Assembly: GCA_016839745.1 (NCBI GenBank)
Contig: JAEOTS010000175.1
Span: 1 to 43,704, forward strand
From: Promethearchaeota archaeon
Lineage (GTDB): Archaea; Asgardarchaeota; Lokiarchaeia; Sigyniarchaeales; SOKP01
DNA length: 43,704 nt
Reading direction: 5' to 3'
Position 1 is the stretch's first letter, and each line of letters opens with the position of its first letter. The notes under the pieces are model-generated. The model saw nothing but the letters and a program-made list of their open reading frames with translations, had not been told where the DNA came from and made no database searches. The position numbers and the translations under genes are program-made. Positions 34,973 to 43,704 of this stretch are shown one piece after another.

Positions 34973-36157
34973 TTGCTTACTAATAGAGTAAAAGGCGTTG
35001 AGTATGCGATAAGAGAAATCGCTGCTGTTGCCCATGAAATAGCTAAAAGTGGTAAAAAGGTATACCATTTAAATATTGGAGATCCAGTTTCTTATGACTT
35101 TCCTACTCCAGAATTTATATCGGGTGCTATATTTAACGCTAGTCTAAATGGTAAAAATTATTATGTCAATTCACTCGGTATTGTTGAACTAAGAGAAGAA
35201 TTAAGCAAGTCTCTTAAAGAAAATCAAAATCTCAATATTGGAGTTGACGATATTCTCGTTACTTCTGGAGTTACTGAAGGAATTAACTTTATTGTATCAG
35301 GTTTAATAGAAAATGGTAGAGAATTGCTAATACCTGGTCCTTCTTATCCTTTATATATAAATTACACCAATTTTTACGATGGAAAGCCTGTAGAATATGA
35401 ACTTGATGAGATGCAAGATTGGGAACCTAACATTGAAGATTTGAGGAAAAAAATTACTGATAAAACACAAGCAATTTTAATTTGTTCTCCGAATAATCCC
35501 ACTGGCGTCTTGTACGGAGAACAAAAAATCAAAGAAATAATAGATTTAGCAGGAGAATATAATTTACCTATCTTATCTGATGAGATTTACGACCAAATTA
35601 CTTATGATAAGCCACATGTATGTCCTGCATCGCTAAGTAAAGATGTTCCAGTAATCGGATTAAATGGTTTTTCAAAAACTCATTTGGTAACTGGCTGGAG
35701 GCTTGGATATCTATATTATCACGATCCAGAAAATAAACTTGAAGAACTTAAGAACGGCATAGCAAAGTTAGCAAGAGCTCGTTTATCTGCTAGCTCTGTT
35801 GCTCAATTTGCCGCGGTAGAGATTTTAAAAACCCCAAGTAATCACACTGTAGATATGGTAAGGAAATTAAAAGAGCGACGAGATTATTCATATGATAGAC
35901 TTAGAAAAATTGAAGGAATTAGCTGCGTTAAGCCTAATGGGGCTTTTTACCTTTTTCCAAAATTAGATTTGAAGGAATTAGGAAAATGGAAGAATGATAA
36001 GGAATTAGTGGTAGAATTACTTAAAGAAACGGGAGTATGCACAGTTTATGGTTCTGGTTTTGGAAGTTATGGAAAAGGACACATGAGATTAACTTTCTTA
36101 CCTGAAAAGGGTATTCTTGAAACTGTATATGACCTAATAGAAGATTTTCTAAAGTAA
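34973..36157 (+). CDS. class I/II PLP aminotransferase (alanine aminotransferase-like)
   Basis: VEYAIRE, LNIGDP, SPNNPTG, SDEIYD, GFSK...GWRLG, GAFYLFP. Confidence 0.92.
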   Translation: MLTNRVKGVEYAIREIAAVAHEIAKSGKKVYHLNIGDPVSYDFPTPEFISGAIFNASLNGKNYYVNSLGIVELREELSKSLKENQNLNIGVDDILVTSGVTEGINFIVSGLIENGRELLIPGPSYPLYINYTNFYDGKPVEYELDEMQDWEPNIEDLRKKITDKTQAILICSPNNPTGVLYGEQKIKEIIDLAGEYNLPILSDEIYDQITYDKPHVCPASLSKDVPVIGLNGFSKTHLVTGWRLGYLYYHDPENKLEELKNGIAKLARARLSASSVAQFAAVEILKTPSNHTVDMVRKLKERRDYSYDRLRKIEGISCVKPNGAFYLFPKLDLKELGKWKNDKELVVELLKETGVCTVYGSGFGSYGKGHMRLTFLPEKGILETVYDLIEDFLK

Positions 36158-36281
36158 AGCTTCTCTAAATTGCTTTTAAAAACTAATAAATTACTAAAGT
36201 CCTACAAATTTAAAAAGGACAAAACCTAAATAATTTAAAAGAACAGATAATCTCCTAACCAGGGATTAATAGCATTCTTTA

Positions 36282-36289
36282 TTTATATA
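36282..36289 (+). promoter_or_regulatory. candidate TATA box of the herA-nurA-mre11-rad50 operon
   Basis: TTTATATA about 52 nt upstream of the herA start. Confidence 0.35.
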
Positions 36290-36340
36290 GATCAAATAAT
36301 TATTATATTAATTAAAAATATAACTCGATGGTATATTGCC

Positions 36341-38089
36341 GTGATTATTAGAATCAATTCTATAGAGAGCACAATTGAGGTTTTTCACGAACATTACTTA
36401 CATCTTCATGGGTTTTTAAAATTAAGCGCAGAAGATAAAAAAAATTATAAAGAATATACTATTATCGTTCAGATTCTTAACGTGCAAACAATTTCAGATT
36501 ACATCATGACGCGCCAGCAATTAAGAAATGTAGAAATAAGTGCTTATATTAAAGATTTGTTGGAAATGGAATTACAGTATATTATTCAAGGTCGTCCAAT
36601 TGTTTGTATAGAAAAAGATACGAAAACTAAGAAGGAAAAAGCAAATATTATTAACGTATTTTTCTTGATAGAAGATTTAATGGAAAAAGGAATATTAAAA
36701 CCCCATACAATGGAGGTATCCGCAGTACAAAGCGATAAAGCAGAGTATCTAAAAACTATTTTTACTCCCGATGGAATTTTTATGGGTACATTAGCTTCCG
36801 AAAGAAATGTAAATGTTTACTTTCCTTTTAAGTTTCTAAATTATCATTTTTTCATAGCAGGAGCTACAGGATCCGGAAAATCAAATTTGAACCAAGTTTT
36901 TATTGATGGATTACTTCAACATAACGCTAATGTGATTATGAATGGTAAGGGTAAAAGAGTTTCGATGTTAGCGATTGACGTACACGATGAATATGCATTA
37001 GGATGTGTGGATTATGGTATTTACAACATCTTCAACGCAGCAGAAAATAATAAAAAATTATTTGGTAAATGGTTTTACCTGTACCCTAATAAGGGAGAAC
37101 CTCCTGCCGAATTAAAGAGTATGTCAGAACCGTGTATCATAAATCTTCAAGAGATAAAACCAGAGGATTTATTTTCTACGGGTACTTTCAATGATTTACA
37201 AGTAGGTGCTGTCCATTCTGCTTATCGAGATAAAAAAGAAGATTACATTGAAAGTTTACTGGATGAGTTATATACTCCTCCTGGAAATCATAACGATAGA
37301 ACATTAGCGGCTGTACGAAGGAGATTACATTGGTTAACGTATTCTAATATGTTTCAATCGAAAGCTAGCAGTAAATTGTCTAAAATTATTAAAAAATTAG
37401 AGAAAGGGCAGTTAATCGTCTTTAATGTATCAATGATTTCTGATCTTGAACAATTTCTATTTAATAGTGTCTTAGCGAGAACTTTATTTGACATAAGAAA
37501 AGCCCTTAAATCATCCACCGATTTTACATCTTTCGAGAAAAAATTAGAACGGACATTACCAAATCCATTTTACGACACATTTAAGGTAAATTTACCAAAG
37601 TTGTATATCAAAGCGGGAAATAAAATGAAGGACCCATTAGAATTGCCTGTGGTAATCTTTACTATTGAAGAGGCTCCGAGCTTGTTAAGACCGGATATGA
37701 TGAGATATAACAATGTATTTAAAGATATTTCGCGTCAAGGAAGAAAATTCAATTTAGCTCTTGAAGTGATTTCCCAACAATATTCGCCCATTGATGACAC
37801 TATCTTATCTAATATGAATACAGTCATAAATTTACCCCTACGATCAGAAAAAGAAAAAATGGTGGCTGCTAAAACTTTAGGTGGGGGGATCCAACAATCA
37901 GATCTCGAATCTTTAACGGGAACAAGAGGGATCGGTCTAATATCGGCGATATGGTTAACTAATTTTCAAAAGTTAAGAATTCCATTGTATGATAAATATT
38001 TTAAAGACATATCAGAAAAATTCTATGAAAATTTCGCTAACATAATGAAAAAGCAAAATCCCCCTCCACCGCCAACAAGTTTGCCTTAA
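36341..38089 (+). CDS. herA: HerA bipolar DNA helicase/translocase (FtsK-HerA ATPase)
   Basis: Walker A GATGSGKS, IDVHDEY, Walker B IEEA, RQGRKF arginine finger, ISQ, ILSNMNT; operon context. Confidence 0.88.
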   Translation: MIIRINSIESTIEVFHEHYLHLHGFLKLSAEDKKNYKEYTIIVQILNVQTISDYIMTRQQLRNVEISAYIKDLLEMELQYIIQGRPIVCIEKDTKTKKEKANIINVFFLIEDLMEKGILKPHTMEVSAVQSDKAEYLKTIFTPDGIFMGTLASERNVNVYFPFKFLNYHFFIAGATGSGKSNLNQVFIDGLLQHNANVIMNGKGKRVSMLAIDVHDEYALGCVDYGIYNIFNAAENNKKLFGKWFYLYPNKGEPPAELKSMSEPCIINLQEIKPEDLFSTGTFNDLQVGAVHSAYRDKKEDYIESLLDELYTPPGNHNDRTLAAVRRRLHWLTYSNMFQSKASSKLSKIIKKLEKGQLIVFNVSMISDLEQFLFNSVLARTLFDIRKALKSSTDFTSFEKKLERTLPNPFYDTFKVNLPKLYIKAGNKMKDPLELPVVIFTIEEAPSLLRPDMMRYNNVFKDISRQGRKFNLALEVISQQYSPIDDTILSNMNTVINLPLRSEKEKMVAAKTLGGGIQQSDLESLTGTRGIGLISAIWLTNFQKLRIPLYDKYFKDISEKFYENFANIMKKQNPPPPPTSLP

Positions 38090-38140
38090 AAATTAAACCC
38101 GAGGTGTAATCGAATTTCTTTTGATTTTGAACTAATCTCA

Positions 38141-39310
38141 TTGGATGATTCACTAAAGAAGAGACAAAATACTTCACCCGATCAAATTATTAGAAGATTT
38201 AAGGAAAGTATGAAAGGGAGAATTACAAACTGGACTAAAGATGAAAAGGTTGAACTAGAAACGGATAATCTTGACGTTCCTCTGGAAAACTCTACTAAAC
38301 TTTGTATTGATATGCCGTACCAAATTATTAAAGGAGATTCAAGTGATTATTCTGATGGAGATTATAAAGTATTAGGTTTCGACGAGAGTTCATACACGAA
38401 TACAGGGACCTATGGAAAAATCGCTGCTTTCAAATTTGGAGAGTGTCAAACTACTTATAAAGACGGTAAATACAAGAAAAATATGATTATGTATAAACCA
38501 ATTTTTGCTTACATTGAAGACAATGTTCATAAACTTATCATCTACAGAGATGTAATAGAAACCTTCGTAAAAAAATTAAAAAGTGAATTCTATCATGGGA
38601 GTCTAAAATATAACATAGACGAAATAGAAGATTGGTTTGAAAATACTTACAAGAAAAAGATTGATAAGTATATTACCGACCATAATTATTATTATCCATC
38701 TTTAGGTCATGTTGTAGACAGAATTCGAACGGCAGATGAAGTTTTAAAGTCGCTCATTCGAATAAGAGACGAATCTAATTGGGGGAAAAATAAGAAAGTT
38801 GTGTTCTTAGGTGACGGAATTCATATGTTCCGGCAACACATCTTTCCTCCTGAAAGTTTTATAAAATTCTTTTATAATTTCATACAAACATACGAGATTA
38901 ATTATTACAGTTTTTCGAAAACGAGCCGTCTTAGAGATGCTCAAGGTAATTTTATTTTATTATATTGGGACGATAAAATAAAAACAAACCCTTATATTGT
39001 AGAACTACCAGAATTATCAAAATATACTAAAAGTTGGACTTATATCGTGAGATTAATTGAGGATAGCACTTCTTTACGTTTTGATATTCCTGACTATTAT
39101 GATACTAGCGACGCTAAAACGTTTATTAAGAAATTGATCCCATTTTCTCCGTTTGGTTACCCTTTAAGCTTATCCGGAGCTCACGAAGCGAGCACAATGC
39201 TTCCTGCAGAACAACATAACTTTGAGGCTCAATTTATATCCCTCCAACACGATCCTAAGACAAAAAGATTTATACAAGCACGTAGGCATAAAGTAATACC
39301 CCCGAAATAA
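38141..39310 (+). CDS. nurA: NurA 5'-3' nuclease, divergent (start possibly ATT 38114)
   Basis: VLGFDESS (DGS-like), FLGDG, SFSKTS, LRFD, GYPLSLSGAHE; lies between herA and mre11. Confidence 0.8.
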   Translation: MDDSLKKRQNTSPDQIIRRFKESMKGRITNWTKDEKVELETDNLDVPLENSTKLCIDMPYQIIKGDSSDYSDGDYKVLGFDESSYTNTGTYGKIAAFKFGECQTTYKDGKYKKNMIMYKPIFAYIEDNVHKLIIYRDVIETFVKKLKSEFYHGSLKYNIDEIEDWFENTYKKKIDKYITDHNYYYPSLGHVVDRIRTADEVLKSLIRIRDESNWGKNKKVVFLGDGIHMFRQHIFPPESFIKFFYNFIQTYEINYYSFSKTSRLRDAQGNFILLYWDDKIKTNPYIVELPELSKYTKSWTYIVRLIEDSTSLRFDIPDYYDTSDAKTFIKKLIPFSPFGYPLSLSGAHEASTMLPAEQHNFEAQFISLQHDPKTKRFIQARRHKVIPPK

Positions 39311-39330
39311 TGTTTCAAAATAAGGTGTGA

Positions 39331-40647
39331 ATGAAAATGGTAAGAATTGTACAAATGGCTGACACTCATTTAGGATATAGAGCTAGAAGAGGTACGATTA
39401 GTAAATGGGCAATCCAGAATTATTCAAGACCGTACGAACAAGAACTCTATGATACTTTCTTAAAAGTTATGGAAGATGTTTCAAAGATTAAAGATTTAGA
39501 CTTTTTAGTTCATTGTGGCGACATGTTTCATCATCCTTTTTTGTATAACTCATACCCTCCACCTGAACCGGCTAGAAGAACCTTTAAAGAAGGATTAGAA
39601 ATCTTTTTTAGGAATACTAATAATCAAGTTCCACTCATTTACATCGAAGGAAATCATGGTATTTTCAGAGGTTATGAATATACACCTTTCGAATCTCATA
39701 TTAAAGAACAAGAATTTCCGAATCTCCATTATTTTAAAGAGAGGAATTTAATTACTGCAATAAAAGAAAAAAAACCTCTTGAATTAGATTTTCCTACCAA
39801 AAAAACTCGTTTCTATTTATTTCCATATTTTGAATTTAAAGGCTTTGAAATTTATCAGCAACAATACGACAACTGGATAGAAACTCAACGACCCCCAAAG
39901 GGAGATGGATATCTTAATATAGCCATTGCTCATGGTTCTGCAGGAGATGACACCTTGCATAATAAGGTTAATAGTGATGACCTAGGTTATGATTATGTAG
40001 CGTTGGGGCATGAACATGGCTTAAAAATGTTGTCTAAAAACCATTTTTATTCTGGAAGTTTACTACCATTGAATTTTAAAGAAGTACTCGAAAAACAAGG
40101 TTATCTAATCGTAGATATTAACCCTAAAACTAAAAGCTTGAACATTGAAAAAGTGTTTACAGATGAACTGTTACAAAGAACCTTTACCATTATAACAATC
40201 AAGGTTTATCCTAACCAATCCTCGATTGATTTACGAAATAAAATAATAAATGAATTAGATTGTTATGTAAACGATAATGGATTTGATTCAAAAACTGCTG
40301 CTAGATTAAAAATTAATTTTAGTGGAGAAATAACATTTGAAAAAAACTGGCAAATAAACGAGATGATGTCCAGCATTAGAAGAGATTGCTTTTCTGAGAC
40401 TGAAAAGTATAATATATTGCAGTTATTATGGAAAATTTTAGATATTTCTGAAGATCTCGAAGACGACATCAGTGCTGGAAGAATACAAGACTATATATTA
40501 GAAAAACCAGATGCCGAGTTTAAAACATTTGTGAACGAGAAGTTAAACGAAGAACAAAGTAATTTTGATGTTGATAAATTGGCACAGATTGGAATGAGAG
40601 CTTTGAAAAAGGCGCTAAGAAACATAGAAAGAGAAAAGGAGGTATAG
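39331..40647 (+). CDS. mre11: Mre11 DNA double-strand break repair nuclease
   Basis: ADTHLG, GDMFH, GNH, AHG, YVALGHEH, YSGS. Confidence 0.92.
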   Translation: MKMVRIVQMADTHLGYRARRGTISKWAIQNYSRPYEQELYDTFLKVMEDVSKIKDLDFLVHCGDMFHHPFLYNSYPPPEPARRTFKEGLEIFFRNTNNQVPLIYIEGNHGIFRGYEYTPFESHIKEQEFPNLHYFKERNLITAIKEKKPLELDFPTKKTRFYLFPYFEFKGFEIYQQQYDNWIETQRPPKGDGYLNIAIAHGSAGDDTLHNKVNSDDLGYDYVALGHEHGLKMLSKNHFYSGSLLPLNFKEVLEKQGYLIVDINPKTKSLNIEKVFTDELLQRTFTIITIKVYPNQSSIDLRNKIINELDCYVNDNGFDSKTAARLKINFSGEITFEKNWQINEMMSSIRRDCFSETEKYNILQLLWKILDISEDLEDDISAGRIQDYILEKPDAEFKTFVNEKLNEEQSNFDVDKLAQIGMRALKKALRNIEREKEV

Positions 40648-40654
40648 TGTATCA

Positions 40655-42754
40655 ATGCAGATTACTAAGCTTGTTTTCAAAAATTTCATGGGTTATAAGC
40701 AATTAGAGCTACCAAAGACTAATGAGGAATTTCCTGAAGGATTAGTACTCATCAGCGGACAAAATTCTTATGGAAAATCAACCATTCTTGAAGGCGTACT
40801 GTTTGCTTTTTTTGGACCCAAAATCTTTAGCGGTAGAAATGCTTCCTCATTTATTACTTATGGCGAATCAAAAGCAGAAGTAACAATCTATTTCAACCTC
40901 GATAATAAAAAGTATAATATTTATCGTAAATGGGGTAGAACAGGAGGGACATTTACTAAATTATTCGAATGGGTTAAAAATGCTTATCGTGAAATCAAGA
41001 ATTTTAATATCGAAAACTTTTTTGAGATTTCTACAGAGCAAGCATTAAGTACCGTTTTTGTAAGACAGGGAGAGGTAGAAGAGCTAGCAAACAAAAAAGG
41101 TGCTGACCTAAGGGAAATGATTATTGATCTTTTTAGACTTAACATAATTGACGATGCGCTCTCTCATTTAGATCATGAATTGAAAAATGTTAAATATAAC
41201 AAAACAAAATTGGAAGAAAAAAGAGTCCCTATTGAACGAATTGAAGAAGATATCAGTAAAATTGTGCGTGAAAATATTGAACTTGAAAAACAAATAGTTG
41301 AAGATAAGGAAAAAAAAGGAAAATACATAGATAGGCTCTCGTTGCTTCCTTCCCATGATTTAATAAAGAAATTGGAAGAGCTCAACGAACAACAGAAAAT
41401 TAGTGAAGAAAAATTTCATTCTCATCAAAATTACTTTAAAACTAAGATAAAGAACACCTCGCTGAGCATAAAGGATTTTGAACCAATAGGAAATATAATC
41501 GAACAAATTAATTCCTTAGAAAAAGAAAAAAGTAAAATTATATCGGAAAAAGAACTTGTCGACAAACAACGAGAAGCTACGTCTAGAGGCTTAGGAACAA
41601 CTAGGGGACGGATCGAAGATGCCGAATCTAAAAAAAAGAAAATGGTAAAAAATTTCTCATCGAAAATGAATGATACAAATATAGCAATATGTCCTACCTG
41701 CCAAAATGAGTTAACAAAAGAGCATTATGACGAGATGGTTTTAAAGTTTAATAACGACATCAAAGTAAATCAAGAAAAAATTAAAACTATAACTAAAAGA
41801 CTTGATATGCTAAGCGCAGAAGTTGACAAAAATCAAAATAAGCTAGATACAATTAGAGATAGAATTTTAATTATGCAAGGGTTAAAGGGGGATTACGAAA
41901 ATTACCAAAAATACGAATTGAAACTAAGTAAAGATAACGAAGAACTAAATACCTTCCTCGTGAAAAACAAAGCGAAATTTCCGGACCCTAGCCCAGATAA
42001 GGTAAAACAACTTTCTATAGAAAGAGAAAAGCTTACAACTGAACTAGAAGCAATAGAAAAGGCGTTCAAAGACAAACAAGAAAGATTTGATAAAAACGAG
42101 GATGAGCTAGTAAATTTAAAAGATGAAATTACTCGAATGAAAGAACTAGATAAGTCTATAGGGGAACTTGAAATCGAAATCGATCACATAAATAAAGCAA
42201 AAGAGTTTGTGAGAAGGTTTGTAACGGAATATATGGTGGTAAAGCGATTAGTAAAAAACATTGCTTTAACAACAAATAAATACATTAAAGATTTTACCTC
42301 TGGTCAATATAGCGATTTACTTCTAGATTTATCAGGGACAAGAAAAACGGGCCTCTCGCTTAAAATTAGAGACAACTTTATTGGAGTTCATGAATCAATA
42401 GAAGTCCTCTCGGGGGGAGATAAAACTGCGTTAGGTATGGCTCTCCGGTTAGCCATATCAGAACTAATGAGCAAAATTCGACCTATAAAAGATTCTCCCA
42501 AAAAAAATCCCAAAATAGACATCTTATTATTAGATGAGCCTTTAGCCGCCCTTGATGCTACTCGGAGAGAACGGATTCTTAAGCATTTAATAAAATCCAA
42601 AACATTCTCACAAATTTTTCTTATTACACACACAGATATCCCCTCAGATATCAACACACATAAAATTTTTGTGAGAAAAGATCATTCAACAGGTATAAGC
42701 ACCGCAAATTTTAAGAGAGAAACTAAAGCAATTAATTCCTTGCTAAACCCTTAA
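40655..42754 (+). CDS. rad50: Rad50 SMC-family ATPase
   Basis: Walker A GQNSYGKS, Q-loop VRQGE, central CPTC zinc hook (41690-41701), LSGGD signature, LLDEP..ALD, ITH. Confidence 0.93.
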   Translation: MQITKLVFKNFMGYKQLELPKTNEEFPEGLVLISGQNSYGKSTILEGVLFAFFGPKIFSGRNASSFITYGESKAEVTIYFNLDNKKYNIYRKWGRTGGTFTKLFEWVKNAYREIKNFNIENFFEISTEQALSTVFVRQGEVEELANKKGADLREMIIDLFRLNIIDDALSHLDHELKNVKYNKTKLEEKRVPIERIEEDISKIVRENIELEKQIVEDKEKKGKYIDRLSLLPSHDLIKKLEELNEQQKISEEKFHSHQNYFKTKIKNTSLSIKDFEPIGNIIEQINSLEKEKSKIISEKELVDKQREATSRGLGTTRGRIEDAESKKKKMVKNFSSKMNDTNIAICPTCQNELTKEHYDEMVLKFNNDIKVNQEKIKTITKRLDMLSAEVDKNQNKLDTIRDRILIMQGLKGDYENYQKYELKLSKDNEELNTFLVKNKAKFPDPSPDKVKQLSIEREKLTTELEAIEKAFKDKQERFDKNEDELVNLKDEITRMKELDKSIGELEIEIDHINKAKEFVRRFVTEYMVVKRLVKNIALTTNKYIKDFTSGQYSDLLLDLSGTRKTGLSLKIRDNFIGVHESIEVLSGGDKTALGMALRLAISELMSKIRPIKDSPKKNPKIDILLLDEPLAALDATRRERILKHLIKSKTFSQIFLITHTDIPSDINTHKIFVRKDHSTGISTANFKRETKAINSLLNP

Positions 42755-42813
42755 CATTTTAGATTTAGTTCAAATAATAAAAAAAAGAAAGATTGAATTT
42801 TTTTTGAAATTGT

Positions 42814-43008
42814 TTATAAATCTCGTGCTTTTACTGTTTTTCGCCCATTACCTTTAGCTCGTTCGCAAGCCTTGTCAAGAATCCAAACGATCATCTCATT
42901 TAACGCTTCTCCGTCAAGGACACCTGAGCTAGTATTAAGATTGTTAGATTTAATATATTCCCGAACTTTTGATTTTACAAATAAGGGTTCTATTTTTTTC
43001 TTAGCCAT
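42814..43008 (-). CDS. short histone-fold protein (alpha3-truncated, face-to-face / bacterial-dimer type)
   Basis: 64 aa, LFVKSKVREYIK...NTS...ILDKACERAKGNGRKTVKARDL; GAGG SD. Confidence 0.85.
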   Translation of the reverse strand: MAKKKIEPLFVKSKVREYIKSNNLNTSSGVLDGEALNEMIVWILDKACERAKGNGRKTVKARDL

Positions 43009-43340
43009 TATTTTTCTTCCTCTTCTTATACTTTTATTAAGTTTTAGTAAAGTAGTAAAAAATCAGATGATAAATTGATTTTTTATTATTTAATATTATT
43101 ACAATATGAGTTTTTAAATCTTTTTACAAACCCTTAATAATTCTACCATTTCTACCATCCTTGAACTAATTCAAAAGCCTAATTATTCGTTTTAAATCTA
43201 TAATTCTGTTGGCGCGAAGTTAAGCAAAGAAAAATCTGTTGCCAATTAGAATAACCCAAGTAAAAGCTTAAAGAATAATTAAGAAAAAAAAGAGAGATTT
43301 TTTGTTTTAGCGAAGAGAAATTAAATCTTAATTTCACTAT

Positions 43341-43646
43341 TTATTTTGGTGGAGCAAGCACTATTTCAATACTTGAAACATTGTTGCTTTGTCCATTTTC
43401 TCCTTCAAGTACTTCTGTGGAGAGCCTGATGTCTTTGTATTCAGTTCCTTTTAAGAATCTGTTTCTTAAAATTTCACACACATCAACCGCGTGTGAAATA
43501 GCTCTACCTCTGGCCTTAACGGTACAATCTTCACCCTTGTTAAGGATCATCATTGTAGCCATTACGTAATTCATGGTAGGGCGTCGACCAACAAAAACAC
43601 TATTTTCTTCTTTTGACCTGTGTTTATCTTTTGTTTCTTCTGACAT
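43341..43646 (-). CDS. albA: DNA/RNA-binding protein Alba
   Basis: VFVGRRPTMNYV, VKARGRAISHAVDV, VSSIEIVL. Confidence 0.95.
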   Translation of the reverse strand: MSEETKDKHRSKEENSVFVGRRPTMNYVMATMMILNKGEDCTVKARGRAISHAVDVCEILRNRFLKGTEYKDIRLSTEVLEGENGQSNNVSSIEIVLAPPK

Positions 43647-43704
43647 GTTATTAACCTCTATGTTTTATTTTGTGTTGTTTTAATTTTGTATTTTTTGTAT
43701 ACTG

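Noticed and set aside
36341-39310. HerA-based defence system (Sir2-HerA or Nezha-type)
   Set aside because: The partner carries NurA motifs and is followed by mre11-rad50; no Sir2 or other effector is present, so repair is the simpler reading
248-43569. The many 60-120 aa antisense or alternate-frame ORFs in the track (e.g. 248-472, 4188-4550, 7706-8038, 21221-21541, 34115-34423, 42388-42657)
   Set aside because: They overlap well-supported genes, lack SD sites and motifs, and look like shadow ORFs
1-43704. CRISPR arrays, tRNA/rRNA genes, transposases or integrases
   Set aside because: No regularly spaced repeats, no GC-rich structural RNA-like stretch in the short intergenic gaps and no mobile-element ORFs were seen by eye

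Overview
AT-rich, gene-dense archaeal window that most likely comes from an Asgard archaeon of the Lokiarchaeia type. This assignment is inferred from Alba, a short histone-fold protein, a herA-nurA-mre11-rad50 operon, Taw2 and Trm11 tRNA enzymes, GGTGA/GAGG Shine-Dalgarno sites, T-tract terminators, a longin-like domain, a Ras-fold protein and stand-alone 7TM proteins. About 38 CDS are supported; I saw no rRNA, tRNA, CRISPR array or mobile element. Main modules: (i) a three-gene corrinoid protein / homocysteine methyltransferase / non-pyrrolysine MttB operon, probably methylamine- or betaine-dependent methionine synthesis; (ii) a catabolic and transport stretch at about 8-27 kb; (iii) tRNA modification and DNA repair genes; (iv) a complete but divergent double-strand-break resection operon converging on histone and Alba genes. 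The most unusual items are eukaryote-like proteins recognised by eye: an IFT52-like GIFT domain fused to RHH and HEH/SAP modules, a Rab-like pseudo-GTPase lacking all G-motifs, a single-pass receptor-like protein with a cytoplasmic longin plus winged-helix tail, a stand-alone C2-like protein and two 7TM paralogues. There are also two candidate ATT start codons behind strong SD motifs. All family calls are from motif recognition, not database searches.
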